Source: Clostridiales bacterium
GTDB lineage: Bacteria; Bacillota; Clostridia; Oscillospirales; JAAYOS01
DNA length: 64,000 nt
Reading direction: 5' to 3'
NCBI GenBank assembly: GCA_012520195.1
Contig: JAAYOS010000013.1
Location: 35,436-99,435 of the forward strand
Shown here: positions 28,597 to 38,618 of the stretch, in pieces
How the letters are laid out: each line of letters starts with the position of its first letter
How positions within the stretch are numbered: the first letter of the stretch is position 1
Notes under the pieces: generated by a model
The model's input: only the letters and a program-made list of their open reading frames with translations
What the model was told of the DNA's origin: nothing
Database searches by the model: none
Translations under genes and position numbers: made by a program

Positions 28597-29073
28597 ATGG
28601 TCAAAAGAGTCTATAAGCTCACAAGGGAGCGATTCCACGAGCTGGAAAACGAGCTGCACTATTCAAAGACGGTTAGGGAGCGGGAGGTTGCTGAGCAAAT
28701 CAAGGAGGCCCGTTTTTTTGGTGATCTGTCAGAAAACAGTGAATACGATGAGGCGAAAAATGAGCAGGGCAAGCTCTATTCCAGAATTGCTGAAATTGAA
28801 AATGTACTTGCGCATGCAGTTATTATAGATGACGATTCAGATGACTGTGAGGTTGTAGATACCGGTTGTAAAGTTAAAATAATAGATGGGACAACTGGAA
28901 GGGACTATGATTATCAGATCGTCGGTTCACAGGAGGCAGATCCGATAAGGGGCCGTATTTCAGATGAATCCCCGTTGGGCAAAGCGCTGGTAGGCGCTAA
29001 GGTTGGAGATGTAGTTGAGTTTGAAGCTCCAGCCGGTGCAATGCGTTTCGAAGTTGTATCGATTTCAAGATAA
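28597..29073 (+). CDS. greA: transcription elongation factor GreA
   Basis: 158 aa. EARFFGDLSENSEYDEAKNEQ coiled-coil finger and a C-terminal FKBP-like domain. AAAGGAG RBS. Confidence 0.95.
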   Translation: MVKRVYKLTRERFHELENELHYSKTVREREVAEQIKEARFFGDLSENSEYDEAKNEQGKLYSRIAEIENVLAHAVIIDDDSDDCEVVDTGCKVKIIDGTTGRDYDYQIVGSQEADPIRGRISDESPLGKALVGAKVGDVVEFEAPAGAMRFEVVSISR

Positions 29074-29121
29074 GAAAAAGCAGGTTGACTTCTTGCTTGA
29101 TAACGAAATGAGGTAAATAAA

Positions 29122-30618
29122 TTGCAGGAAGATGTAAGAACTCCACAAAACGACAATGAACAGAGAGAGTTGTCCGAGCTTCTTCAGATAAGAAGAGACA
29201 AGCTGATAGAGCTTCAGAATGAGGGGATGGATCCCTTCCTTGAGACAGTATTTGATAGGACACACTGGTCTTCAGATATAAAGGAAAATTTCTCAGAGCT
29301 TGAGGGAACTCAGGTTCGTGTAGCCGGTCGCTTGATGTCGAAAAGAGGCATGGGAAAAGTCTCATTTTGTGATTTAGCCGACAGAGAGGGTACAATACAA
29401 CTCTACGCCCGGTCAAATGATATGGACGCCGAACAGTATGAGCGGTTTCGAAAATACGATATAGCCGACATTGTAGGTGTAGAGGGAGAGGTATTCCGAA
29501 CAAATCGCGGCGAGATTTCGGTAAAAGTGCAGGAAGTTAAGCTTCTTGCTAAATCCTTGCGTCCGCTACCAGAAAAGTACCACGGATTGAGGGATATGGA
29601 CCTTAGATACCGTATGAGACATCTCGACCTAATAGCAAATCCGGACGTACGCAAAACATTCTATACAAGGACGAAAATAATAAATACACTGCGCAATACA
29701 ATGATACGTTTAGGGTATCTTGAAGTGGAGACCCCCGTATTGCATAACCATGCAACAAATGCAGCAGCCCGACCGTTTAGAACACATCACAATACGCTTG
29801 ACATCGACATGGTCCTCAGGGTTGAACTTGAACTGCATCTAAAGCGCCTGATTGTCGGGGGCTTTGAGCGCGTGTTTGAAATCGGACGGATCTTCAGGAA
29901 TGAGGGGATGTCCACTAAGCACAACCCCGAGTTTACTATGATGGAGATGTACGAGGCATACACAGATTATCATGGAATGATGGAGCTCTGCGAAACCCTA
30001 TTCAGAGACGTTTCAGAGGAAGTTCTGGGCTCACAGAAGCTTATCTATCAGGGAGTGGAGATTGACCTCACCTCGCCGTGGCGTAGGATGACTATGATTG
30101 AGGCAGTGCGTGAGTACTCAGGAGTCGATTTCGACAAAATCGATACAGACGAAGAGGCGAAGGCAATTGCTGATGAGCGTGGAATCCATTACGAGGATGA
30201 ACATAAGCGAGGAGATATTATCAATCTCTTCTTCGAGGAGTACGCTGAGGACAAGCTGATTCAGCCCACTTTTATCTACGACTACCCCATTGAGATATCC
30301 CCCCTCGCAAAGAGGACTAAATATGACCCGCGTCTTACCGAACGTTTTGAAGTCTTCATCTACGGACGGGAGATGGGCAATGCGTTTACAGAGCTCAATG
30401 ACCCTATCGACCAGAGAGAGAGGTTTATTGAGCAGGCAAAGAGGAAATGTATCGAAGGTGAATTCGAGATAGACGAGGACTTTTTGACTGCCATGGAATA
30501 TGGCATGCCACCTACAGGGGGCATGGGACTGGGCATCGACAGAATGGTGATGCTCTTTACCGACAGTCCATCGATACGCGATGTTTTGCTTTTCCCAACT
30601 ATGAAGCCGATTGAATGA
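29122..30618 (+). CDS. lysS: lysine--tRNA ligase (class II)
   Basis: 498 aa. OB-fold N-domain, class II motifs (FRNEGMSTKHNPEFTMMEMY, GGMGLGIDRMVML). TTG start behind GAGG. Confidence 0.95.
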   Translation: MQEDVRTPQNDNEQRELSELLQIRRDKLIELQNEGMDPFLETVFDRTHWSSDIKENFSELEGTQVRVAGRLMSKRGMGKVSFCDLADREGTIQLYARSNDMDAEQYERFRKYDIADIVGVEGEVFRTNRGEISVKVQEVKLLAKSLRPLPEKYHGLRDMDLRYRMRHLDLIANPDVRKTFYTRTKIINTLRNTMIRLGYLEVETPVLHNHATNAAARPFRTHHNTLDIDMVLRVELELHLKRLIVGGFERVFEIGRIFRNEGMSTKHNPEFTMMEMYEAYTDYHGMMELCETLFRDVSEEVLGSQKLIYQGVEIDLTSPWRRMTMIEAVREYSGVDFDKIDTDEEAKAIADERGIHYEDEHKRGDIINLFFEEYAEDKLIQPTFIYDYPIEISPLAKRTKYDPRLTERFEVFIYGREMGNAFTELNDPIDQRERFIEQAKRKCIEGEFEIDEDFLTAMEYGMPPTGGMGLGIDRMVMLFTDSPSIRDVLLFPTMKPIE

Positions 30619-30700
30619 TTGCGAAGTTTTGGGACAACATGTGTTGCCTCTGTCAAAGGATATAGATCGGATAAGCACAGAATGAAGGAGGTGCACACAA

Positions 30701-31369
30701 ATGGCAAATAACGAAGGAAACAGAGTTAGTAATTCAAATAACAACGATAAAAGTACCAAAAAGAAGGGCTTTATATACTGGTTTCGCAATGTGTTCATTT
30801 ACCACTACATTAAACCTACTATATCAGTCATCATCCTCCTGCTCATTGTAGTCTATCTTCTTAGAGATGTCCGTTCAGTTGTTAAACCCGATATTACAGT
30901 GGTTTTCGGGGGAATCGATATTCTGCGAGAAGAGGATATGGCCGAGATTAGGGCAATAATTGAGGATGAGGTCGGTGACGCAAACGAGGACGGAGAAGTA
31001 TACGTTAATTTTGAAATATATACTGCCACTTTGGATACCGCAGACGATTACGGTGAACAAAACCTTCAGGCTCTCGATATGGCATTTTTAGCAGAACCGA
31101 GTAAGGTACTATTCATACTTGATGAAGAGGTACATCTCCGCTACGATGAAGATTTTTTTGAGAAGTTCTCAGAGTACGGTATCGAATCTGAGGATGAGAA
31201 ATTTTACAGAGTTAATGAGTTGCCTGTGTTTGAGCGCTTACTAGTTGTAGACACACCTTATTACATGGCTCTAAAGGGATGGAGGATCGACGAAAAGGAT
31301 AACCCCAAGTACATCCAAACTTACGATTTAGCCGTAAGGGTAATAAAAAGACTTATTAATGAAAAGTAG
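30701..31369 (+). CDS. hypothetical membrane-anchored protein
   Basis: Basic N-terminus, a single TM (ISVIILLLIVVYLL), and an acidic ~160-aa C-terminal domain. AAGGAGG RBS. No family recognised. Confidence 0.6.
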   Translation: MANNEGNRVSNSNNNDKSTKKKGFIYWFRNVFIYHYIKPTISVIILLLIVVYLLRDVRSVVKPDITVVFGGIDILREEDMAEIRAIIEDEVGDANEDGEVYVNFEIYTATLDTADDYGEQNLQALDMAFLAEPSKVLFILDEEVHLRYDEDFFEKFSEYGIESEDEKFYRVNELPVFERLLVVDTPYYMALKGWRIDEKDNPKYIQTYDLAVRVIKRLINEK

Positions 31370-31473
31370 TGAATATGCCTGGCTATAAGCAGGCCTTTAT
31401 CCCGGAATAGTGGGGAGGGCCTGCTACATTTGAAGCTGATGATTATACCAATATATGGAACGAGGTTGATGAG

Positions 31474-32247
31474 ATGAATATCATGCGTATTTCAAGCAGG
31501 CGGAACACTTCAATAGTTGAAGCTGTAAAGCTCCTTAATGATACAGCATACCGAAAACAATTAGGAAAAATAGCCGCTGAGGGGACAAAGCTGTTTTATG
31601 ATGCGCTGACTAGTGGTGCAGATATTGACACCATTATTGCTACTGAGCATCTGGAAACAGAGCTGAGCGGTGTTGATGTAAATAGATTAATAATAGTTCC
31701 CGACAACCTCTTTTCATCTATTTCAACTCAAAAATCTCCCCAAGGTCTGTTGTTCTTCTGCAATCGCCCAGATACTACTGCCGGGGTCGAGCGCGGAAAC
31801 TATATCGTTTTGGATGGAGTACAAGACCCGGGGAATGTTGGTACGATTATCAGGTCTGCAGCAGCTTTTGATATTAAGGGAGTTATTCTATGTGGCCCAT
31901 GCGCAGACCCATACGGCCCCAAAGCTGTGAGAGCATCAATGGGTGCTGTATTTCGCATTCCTATTTTCTTTCTTGATGTTGATGAGCTTTGCCAGTTGTG
32001 TAATGATATCGAAATACCGCTATATTCCACTTGCACATCCAAAGACGCTACAGATATTCGAAACCTCAATACAAGGCCTGTTGCAGTAGTAATTGGAAGT
32101 GAGGGACAAGGTGTCAGTAGAGAGATTAGTGAGCGCAGTATCGGTACTGTAACGATACCTATGGCCGGTGGAACAGAGTCGCTTAATGCTGCCGTTGCCG
32201 CGTCAATTCTGATGTGGGAGATTGCCGGAAAGAGAGGGGCAATATGA
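31474..32247 (+). CDS. TrmH/SpoU family RNA 2'-O-methyltransferase
   Basis: SPOUT motifs: LDGVQDPGNVGTIIRSAAAF, VVIGSEGQGVS, ESLNAAVAASILMWE. Confidence 0.88.
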   Translation: MNIMRISSRRNTSIVEAVKLLNDTAYRKQLGKIAAEGTKLFYDALTSGADIDTIIATEHLETELSGVDVNRLIIVPDNLFSSISTQKSPQGLLFFCNRPDTTAGVERGNYIVLDGVQDPGNVGTIIRSAAAFDIKGVILCGPCADPYGPKAVRASMGAVFRIPIFFLDVDELCQLCNDIEIPLYSTCTSKDATDIRNLNTRPVAVVIGSEGQGVSREISERSIGTVTIPMAGGTESLNAAVAASILMWEIAGKRGAI

Positions 32248-33461
32248 CTCTACAGGCGATATGGCTTTCGGAACTTAAGATGGGTGCTGCAAAGAAGAAA
32301 AGGTTCTTAGAACACTTTTCGTCAATTGAAGACCTGTATTCTGCAACCGAATCCGATTACAGACAATCGGGACTCTTTAGCCATACCGATATTGAGAAGC
32401 TGAAACGCAAAAGCCTTAAAGATGCCGAAAAAATACTTGAAAAATGCTATATAGAGGGTATTCGCACAATAAGTATTGAAGATGACGAGTACCCGGAAAG
32501 ACTTGCCAATATTGACGATGCGCCTATTGTGTTGTATTATAAAGGGAACCTGCCCTCGTTTGATACAGAGTTAGCTATTGCAATGGTCGGCCCGCGAAGA
32601 AACACGGCGTACGGCAAAATGGCTGCTGAACGACTAGCTTATGAGTTGTCCTCGTGTGGTGCACACATAGTGTCCGGCCTTGCTCTGGGGGTCGATGCAC
32701 TTGCCCACACAGGCGCTCTGCTTGCAGGGGGAACAACTACTGCAGTTCTGGGGTGCGGACCCGACATAATATATCCAAAAACCAATACGAATCTCTATGA
32801 GGAAATATGCGTGAGGGGTTGCATTATCTCCGAGTATCCACCTGGTACACCGCCCGAAAGGTTCCATTTTCCTGCGCGCAACCGTATTGTTAGCGGGCTA
32901 AGCGTCGGAGTACTAGTTATAGAGGCGGATAAAAAAAGTGGATCATTGATTACAGCAAAACACGCCCTGGAGCAGGGTAAGGATGTCTTTGCGGTTCCCG
33001 GCAATATTGATGTTCCGACTTCTGTAGGAACAAACAGTCTTATCCAAAGTGGGGCAAAGTTAGTTACCTGCGGTAGTGATATACTTGATGAATACACAGG
33101 ATTGGGATTGTTCCCGGACGTGGAACAACGCATAATAGATACGAAATCCGCATATAAGGCAACAACAGACGATTCCGGCCGACAAGCACCTGTTTACTCA
33201 GATCCACCGTTGTTTGAAAAAAAGGTTGACACGACAAAAATCTATGATAAATTGAAGAGCACATTCACAGAAAATCAGCTTAAAATAATACTGTCACTTG
33301 TTAATGAACCGCTGCATTTGGATAGTATTATTGAGGTCTGCGGTCTGTCTGCCGCAAGAGTTCTTGCTGAATTGACTGTACTTGAACTGGAAGGTGCGGT
33401 TAAACAGATGTCCGGAAAGCGGTTTTCGATCACTGATATGATATTACAGGGAGGATTTTAG
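32244..33461 (+). CDS. dprA: DNA-processing protein DprA
   Basis: Rossmann-like DprA core (IAMVGPRRNTAYG ... SGLALGVDALAH ... GSLITAKHALEQGKDVFAVPG). Start ATG 32244 in an ATGA overlap with the upstream stop. Confidence 0.9.
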   Translation: MTLQAIWLSELKMGAAKKKRFLEHFSSIEDLYSATESDYRQSGLFSHTDIEKLKRKSLKDAEKILEKCYIEGIRTISIEDDEYPERLANIDDAPIVLYYKGNLPSFDTELAIAMVGPRRNTAYGKMAAERLAYELSSCGAHIVSGLALGVDALAHTGALLAGGTTTAVLGCGPDIIYPKTNTNLYEEICVRGCIISEYPPGTPPERFHFPARNRIVSGLSVGVLVIEADKKSGSLITAKHALEQGKDVFAVPGNIDVPTSVGTNSLIQSGAKLVTCGSDILDEYTGLGLFPDVEQRIIDTKSAYKATTDDSGRQAPVYSDPPLFEKKVDTTKIYDKLKSTFTENQLKIILSLVNEPLHLDSIIEVCGLSAARVLAELTVLELEGAVKQMSGKRFSITDMILQGGF

Positions 33462-33466
33462 AATAG

Positions 33467-35728
33467 ATGGCAGATTTGGTAATAGTGGAATCTCCGGCCA
33501 AAGCGAAAACAATTGAAAGATATCTAGGTAGCGGCTATAAGGTAGTGGCCTCCATGGGACATCTAAGGGACTTGCCCAAGTCAAAGCTCGGTGTGGACAT
33601 TGATGCGGGTTTTGAACCCGTCTATCAACCTATCAGGGGCAAGGAGGAAACGATCCGAAAGCTCAAAGCGGCTGTTGATAAAAGTGATAAGGTCTACCTT
33701 GCAACCGACCCCGACCGAGAGGGTGAAGCTATTTCGTGGCATCTAAAGGAACTGCTCGATATAAACGATGACAAGGCATACCGCGTCACTTTCAATGAGA
33801 TCACTAAAAATGCCGTTGTTGAGGCAATTAAGAACCCCCGACCACTGGACCTTGATCTGGTCGATGCCCAACAGGCGCGCAGGATACTTGACAGAATTGT
33901 GGGCTATAAGCTTAGCCCTCTTCTCTGGAGGAAAATAAGAAGAGGACTATCTGCAGGCCGGGTGCAGTCGGTCGCAATGCGCTTGGTAGTAGATCGTGAA
34001 AATGAGATCCGCTCCTTTGTTCCTAAGGAGTATTGGAGTATTGAAGCTGACCTTTGCTATGATAAGGAACACAGCTTTACGACAAAGTTCGTTGGCGACA
34101 AGAACGGGAAAATCGATCTGGAGAGTGAAGCCCAGACTCAGGAAATCATTGATGCTGTTTCGGATGCTGAGTTTTTGGTTCACTCTGTTAAGGATGGACA
34201 AAAAAGAAGAAAACCGTCTCCGCCCTTTATTACATCTACATTACAGCAGGAAGCATCCCGAAAGCTCAATATGCAGTCACGGCGTACCATGTCTGTTGCA
34301 CAACAGCTCTATGAAGGAATATCGCTAAAGGGAAGGGAAGCCGTCGGACTTATAACATATATGAGAACAGACTCATTGCGCCTCTCCGATGAAGCGGTAT
34401 CTGCTGCCAGAGATTTCATCACAGATCGGTATGGGAAGGAATATCTCCCTAAGTCACCTAGGAAGTACAAGGGCAGGAAAAACTCTCAGGATGCCCATGA
34501 GGCTATAAGACCGGTCGACGTCACCATTACTCCCGAGAGTATCCGAGACGACCTAACTCCTGATCAGTATAAGCTCTACAGGATCATCTGGAGCCGCTTT
34601 GTGGCCTGTCAGATGGAGAACGCTGTTTTTGACACACAGTCGATAGACATCGAAGCTGCCGGCTATATCTTCCGTGCAAACAGTCAGAGACTTAGATTTG
34701 CTGGCTTTATTTCTGTATATGAAGAGGGCAAGGACGAGGACACTGAGGAGGAAAAAACTGCGATCCTACCGGCACTAGACGTGGGCACAAGACTCGAATT
34801 GCTTGAGTTGAATCCAAGGCAACACTTTACTCAGCCACCTCCACGCTACACAGACGCATCTCTGATAAAGGCGTTGGAGGAAAACGGCATAGGCAGACCG
34901 TCCACCTACGCCCCTATCATTTCCACAATCCAAGAGCGACAATACGTTCGCAAGGTAAAGAAAAATATTGAACCCACACCATTAGGTGAGGTCGTAACCG
35001 AGCTGATGAAGGATCAATTCAGCGATATTGTCGATGTAAGTTTTACCGCTAGGATGGAGGAGAGCCTTGACAGTGTTGGTATGGGCGAACAGGACTGGAA
35101 AGAGCTTCTTGAACACTTCTACAAACCATTTGCGGAAAACCTTGAACGTGCAGAGAAAGACGTTGAGCGGATCAAGATCCCCGTTGAGGAGACAGATGTC
35201 ATATGTGAACTCTGTGGTAGCAATATGGTCATTAAAACCGGCAGATTCGGTAGATTCCTAGCATGTCCGAACTATCCGGAATGTAAGAATACTAAGTCGA
35301 TTACTGAACCCACTCCTGGCATCTGCCCAAAATGTGGAGGCACGATACTGAAGAAGAAATCCAAGAAGAACTACACATATTACGGCTGCGAGAAGTATCC
35401 AGATTGTGATTTCATGACCTGGGATGTTCCGCTTGAGGATAACTGCCCAGAATGTGGAAATTCAATGTTCAAGAAGTCCGGACGTGGTATGAAGAAGCCG
35501 TTTTGCATTAACCCGGAATGTCCGAATTTCCTACCGGAAGAAGCACGTGGATATAAGAAGAAAGACGCTTCAGATGACGGGAAGGATACAGAAAGCTCCG
35601 ATGGGAAGGAAAAAACTGAAGTATCCGGTAAAGCAAAGTCAACTAAAGCAAAGTCGACAGCCAAATCAAAAAAAGCCACCAAAGCAAAATCATCTGCCAA
35701 GGCTAAGGAAGCTACCAAAGAAGAATAG
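33467..35728 (+). CDS. topA: DNA topoisomerase I, with Lys/Ala/Ser-rich C-terminal tail
   Basis: TOPRIM start MADLVIVESPAKAKTIERYLG, catalytic GLITYMRTDS, C-terminal Cys4 zinc ribbons, then a ~55-aa KAKST-type basic tail. Confidence 0.96.
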   Translation: MADLVIVESPAKAKTIERYLGSGYKVVASMGHLRDLPKSKLGVDIDAGFEPVYQPIRGKEETIRKLKAAVDKSDKVYLATDPDREGEAISWHLKELLDINDDKAYRVTFNEITKNAVVEAIKNPRPLDLDLVDAQQARRILDRIVGYKLSPLLWRKIRRGLSAGRVQSVAMRLVVDRENEIRSFVPKEYWSIEADLCYDKEHSFTTKFVGDKNGKIDLESEAQTQEIIDAVSDAEFLVHSVKDGQKRRKPSPPFITSTLQQEASRKLNMQSRRTMSVAQQLYEGISLKGREAVGLITYMRTDSLRLSDEAVSAARDFITDRYGKEYLPKSPRKYKGRKNSQDAHEAIRPVDVTITPESIRDDLTPDQYKLYRIIWSRFVACQMENAVFDTQSIDIEAAGYIFRANSQRLRFAGFISVYEEGKDEDTEEEKTAILPALDVGTRLELLELNPRQHFTQPPPRYTDASLIKALEENGIGRPSTYAPIISTIQERQYVRKVKKNIEPTPLGEVVTELMKDQFSDIVDVSFTARMEESLDSVGMGEQDWKELLEHFYKPFAENLERAEKDVERIKIPVEETDVICELCGSNMVIKTGRFGRFLACPNYPECKNTKSITEPTPGICPKCGGTILKKKSKKNYTYYGCEKYPDCDFMTWDVPLEDNCPECGNSMFKKSGRGMKKPFCINPECPNFLPEEARGYKKKDASDDGKDTESSDGKEKTEVSGKAKSTKAKSTAKSKKATKAKSSAKAKEATKEE

Positions 35729-35765
35729 GACGTATAACGAACAAAGTGTAGGTGAAGATTTCAGA

Positions 35766-37100
35766 ATGGCAGAACAGAATCGAACAGTAACAGTTGTGGG
35801 CGCAGGTCTTGCGGGTAGTGAAGCTGCGTGGCAGCTTGCGGAAGCAGGCTTGAATGTCGTGCTTTATGAGATGAAGCCGGATAAGATGAGCCCTGCTCAC
35901 GTTTACGATGGATTTGGAGAGCTTGTCTGCTCAAACTCACTTCGTGGTGCCGGATTGGAAACTGCCCCGGGACTTCTAAAAGAAGAGTTACGTAGATTCG
36001 GCTCATTGATAATGAGATGTGCAGATGCAACCCAAGTATCGGCCGGAGGTGCTTTGGCAGTTGACCGTATACGCTTTTCCGATGCAATCACTGAGAGCAT
36101 CAGAAACCACCCGAGGATCCAGGTTATAACCAGTGAGGTCATGGAGATCCCTCCTTCAAGGCCTGTAATTATTGCAACAGGACCGCTGACCTCAGATTCA
36201 CTTGCTAATTCCATAATTCAGTTTTTTGACGGTGAGGACTCTCTGAGCTTTTTCGATGCAGCCGCACCTATAGTGCAGTTCGATTCAATAGACATGTCAA
36301 AGGCTTTCTTTGCTTCCAGATACGGTAAGGGAACAGCTGACTATATAAACTGTCCGATGGATTATGAGGAGTATTCTGTATTCCAAAAAGAACTTGCAAA
36401 CGGTAAGATGGCACAGTTACGTGACTTTGAGGATGAAAAGGTTTTTGAAGGATGTGTACCTGTTGAGGTGCTTGCCAGACGTGGTGTTGATACCTTACGA
36501 TATGGGCCCCTAAAGCCCGTTGGTATTGTTGACCCCAAAACCGGTGAGCGTCCATACGCAGTTGTGCAGCTTCGACGCGACAATCAAGAGGGTACCCTGT
36601 ATAATATTGTCGGGTTTCAGACACACCTCACTTTTGGAGAGCAGAAGCGTATATTTTCAATGATCCCCGCACTACACGATGCGGAATTTGTGCGTTACGG
36701 TGTAATGCACAGAAACACATATATAAACTCCCCTAAGCTTCTCAACAGGTTCTATGAGTCGCGAAAGGACACTGATGTTTTGTTTGCTGGACAGATAACC
36801 GGGGTCGAGGGTTATATCGAGTCAACTGCTTCGGGACTTTACGCTGCTATCAATCTCGCCGCTCGACTTAATGGAAAACCGAGAATTGACCTGGACAGCA
36901 GGACAGCAATTGGTGCTCTTTCGCTCTATATAAGCGGAGGTGCAGCCTCAGACTTTCAGCCAATGAATATAAATTTCGGAATCATCGACAGTTTGGAGTG
37001 TAAGAAAAAGAAAAAGAGAGAACGAAATTTGGAGAAAAGTCAGCGATCACTTGAAACAATTGAAAGGCTAAGGAGTGTTTGTGATGAAAATAATAGTTGA
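35766..37100 (+). CDS. trmFO: methylenetetrahydrofolate--tRNA-(uracil-5-)-methyltransferase TrmFO
   Basis: VTVVGAGLAGSEAAWQLA FAD motif directly after ATG 35766. Gid/TrmFO length and motifs (QVSAGGALAVDR, GQITGVEGY). The upstream 73 codons of the track ORF overlap topA and were dropped. Confidence 0.93.
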   Translation: MAEQNRTVTVVGAGLAGSEAAWQLAEAGLNVVLYEMKPDKMSPAHVYDGFGELVCSNSLRGAGLETAPGLLKEELRRFGSLIMRCADATQVSAGGALAVDRIRFSDAITESIRNHPRIQVITSEVMEIPPSRPVIIATGPLTSDSLANSIIQFFDGEDSLSFFDAAAPIVQFDSIDMSKAFFASRYGKGTADYINCPMDYEEYSVFQKELANGKMAQLRDFEDEKVFEGCVPVEVLARRGVDTLRYGPLKPVGIVDPKTGERPYAVVQLRRDNQEGTLYNIVGFQTHLTFGEQKRIFSMIPALHDAEFVRYGVMHRNTYINSPKLLNRFYESRKDTDVLFAGQITGVEGYIESTASGLYAAINLAARLNGKPRIDLDSRTAIGALSLYISGGAASDFQPMNINFGIIDSLECKKKKKRERNLEKSQRSLETIERLRSVCDENNS

Positions 37101-38103
37101 CGCAATGGGAGGGGACAATGGAACAAGCACGGTCGTAAAAGGAGCCCTGATGGCAGCAGAAGAATTTGGGGTAGAAATCTGCCTCGTAGGCAAGGCTGAT
37201 GAAATTCTTCAGGTACTTCGTGATGAGGGGTATAATGAGATTCCCAATGGAATCGAGATCTCCCATGCTTCCGAGACCATTGGAATGGAAGAGGAGGCTG
37301 CAGCCGCCGCAAGAACCAAAAAGGACTCTTCTATAATCGTCGGCCTGAAACTGCTCGCTGACGGTTATGGCGACGCGTTTGTTTCTGCAGGGAATACGGG
37401 AGCGATTCTATCTGGATCGACCCTTACTGTAAAGAGAATCCGTGGTATTCGAAGAGCTGCTCTTGCTCCTATAATCCCGACACTCAAAGGTAAAGCCATT
37501 CTCATTGATTGCGGTGCAAACATCGAATGTACACCCGAATATCTGCTACAGTTTGCATATATGGGAAGCGCATATGCAGAGCACATATTGGGCTTGTCTA
37601 GGCCGCGAGTAGGACTACTGAATATTGGAGTTGAAAGGAACAAGGGAACTTCACTTCAAAGGGAGACCTATCAACTGCTGACAGAATCCTCCGAGAAAGG
37701 GAGACTAAATTTTGTAGGCAACGTCGAGAGCCGCGATATTATGCAGGGCATCTGTGATGTTATTGTAACCGATGGGTACTCAGGAAACATATTCCTCAAA
37801 ACCATGGAGGGTATGGGCGTTATGATTATTGATATTATGAGGAACCTATTTGGTAAGAACATAAAGACGAAGATCGCCGCACTTATGGTCAAGGACGGAA
37901 TAAGTGACTTCAGAAAGCTAATGGACTACAATGAGACAGGTGGTGCGCCACTAGTTGGAATCGCAAAGCCCGTAATAAAGGCCCACGGCTCCTCAAAGGC
38001 ATTTACGTTGCGTTCAGCAATACATCAGGCCATGATGTATGTGGAGTCGGGTACGATTAAGGATATTGAATCAAACATTGAGTTCATGCGCATCGATAAT
38101 TAG
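37084..38103 (+). CDS. plsX: phosphate acyltransferase PlsX
   Basis: MKIIVDAMGGDNG start and the SAGNTGA motif. About 339 aa. Confidence 0.94.
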   Translation: MKIIVDAMGGDNGTSTVVKGALMAAEEFGVEICLVGKADEILQVLRDEGYNEIPNGIEISHASETIGMEEEAAAAARTKKDSSIIVGLKLLADGYGDAFVSAGNTGAILSGSTLTVKRIRGIRRAALAPIIPTLKGKAILIDCGANIECTPEYLLQFAYMGSAYAEHILGLSRPRVGLLNIGVERNKGTSLQRETYQLLTESSEKGRLNFVGNVESRDIMQGICDVIVTDGYSGNIFLKTMEGMGVMIIDIMRNLFGKNIKTKIAALMVKDGISDFRKLMDYNETGGAPLVGIAKPVIKAHGSSKAFTLRSAIHQAMMYVESGTIKDIESNIEFMRIDN

Positions 38104-38276
38104 GCTAATACTTCCAAAGCTCAAAACCGGACGATTTCACAAATACACTTGACAAGGCATATAAATCTGAATATCATTCTTTGTAGGGATCAGGAAGGCT
38201 TTTTCATCCTGAAAAACATCTGGATAAAAAGCAATGTGCCTGACCCAAAACCCGGAGAGAAAACGTAATTAGGGGG

Positions 38277-38525
38277 GTGACATGTGTGGTTTTTGAAAGA
38301 GTAGCAAGGTTGCTTTCAGAGCAGTTTGGTGTTGAGGAGAGCACCATTACTATGAAGACGAGCTTTGAAGAGGATCTAGGTGCCGACTCACTCGATATAG
38401 TTGAGCTATCAATGACGCTTGAAGAAGAGTTCGATTTTGGTGAGATTGAAGACGGAGATCTTGAGAGCCTAAAGACTGTCGGTGATGTCGTAGAGTTGAT
38501 TACATCAAGAGAATCAGAAGATTAA
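38277..38525 (+). CDS. acpP: acyl carrier protein
   Basis: LGADSLDIVELSMTLEEEF phosphopantetheine-attachment motif. GTG start at 38277 or 38286, behind an AGGGGGG RBS. Confidence 0.9.
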   Translation: MTCVVFERVARLLSEQFGVEESTITMKTSFEEDLGADSLDIVELSMTLEEEFDFGEIEDGDLESLKTVGDVVELITSRESED

Positions 38526-38532
38526 GATAAAA

Positions 38533-38564
38533 GCGTCTCCGGTTCTTAACCGGAGACGCATTTT
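38533..38564 (+). terminator. rho-independent terminator after acpP
   Basis: GCGTCTCCGGTT-CTT-AACCGGAGACGC followed by ATTTT. Confidence 0.85.
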
Positions 38565-38618
38565 CAAAGGTGACCGTTATTTTCAGATTGGTCAATAAGG
38601 TCCACTTGAGGAGGCATT

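Noticed and set aside
29074-29121. T-box or riboswitch leaders expected upstream of lysS, leuS (49036-49067), thrC (63675-63687) and purL (8326-8398)
   Set aside because: The gaps are 48, 32, 13 and 73 nt. All are too short for T-box (about 200 nt) or purine or lysine riboswitches.
30118-30798. 226-aa minus-strand ORF
   Set aside because: Antisense to the conserved C-terminal half of lysS. No start context.
35547-35765. 73-codon N-terminal extension of the trmFO ORF
   Set aside because: It overlaps the topA tail in another frame and translates to a Lys/Pro/Gln-rich string mirroring that tail. ATG 35766 places the GAGLAGSEAA FAD motif at the normal position.
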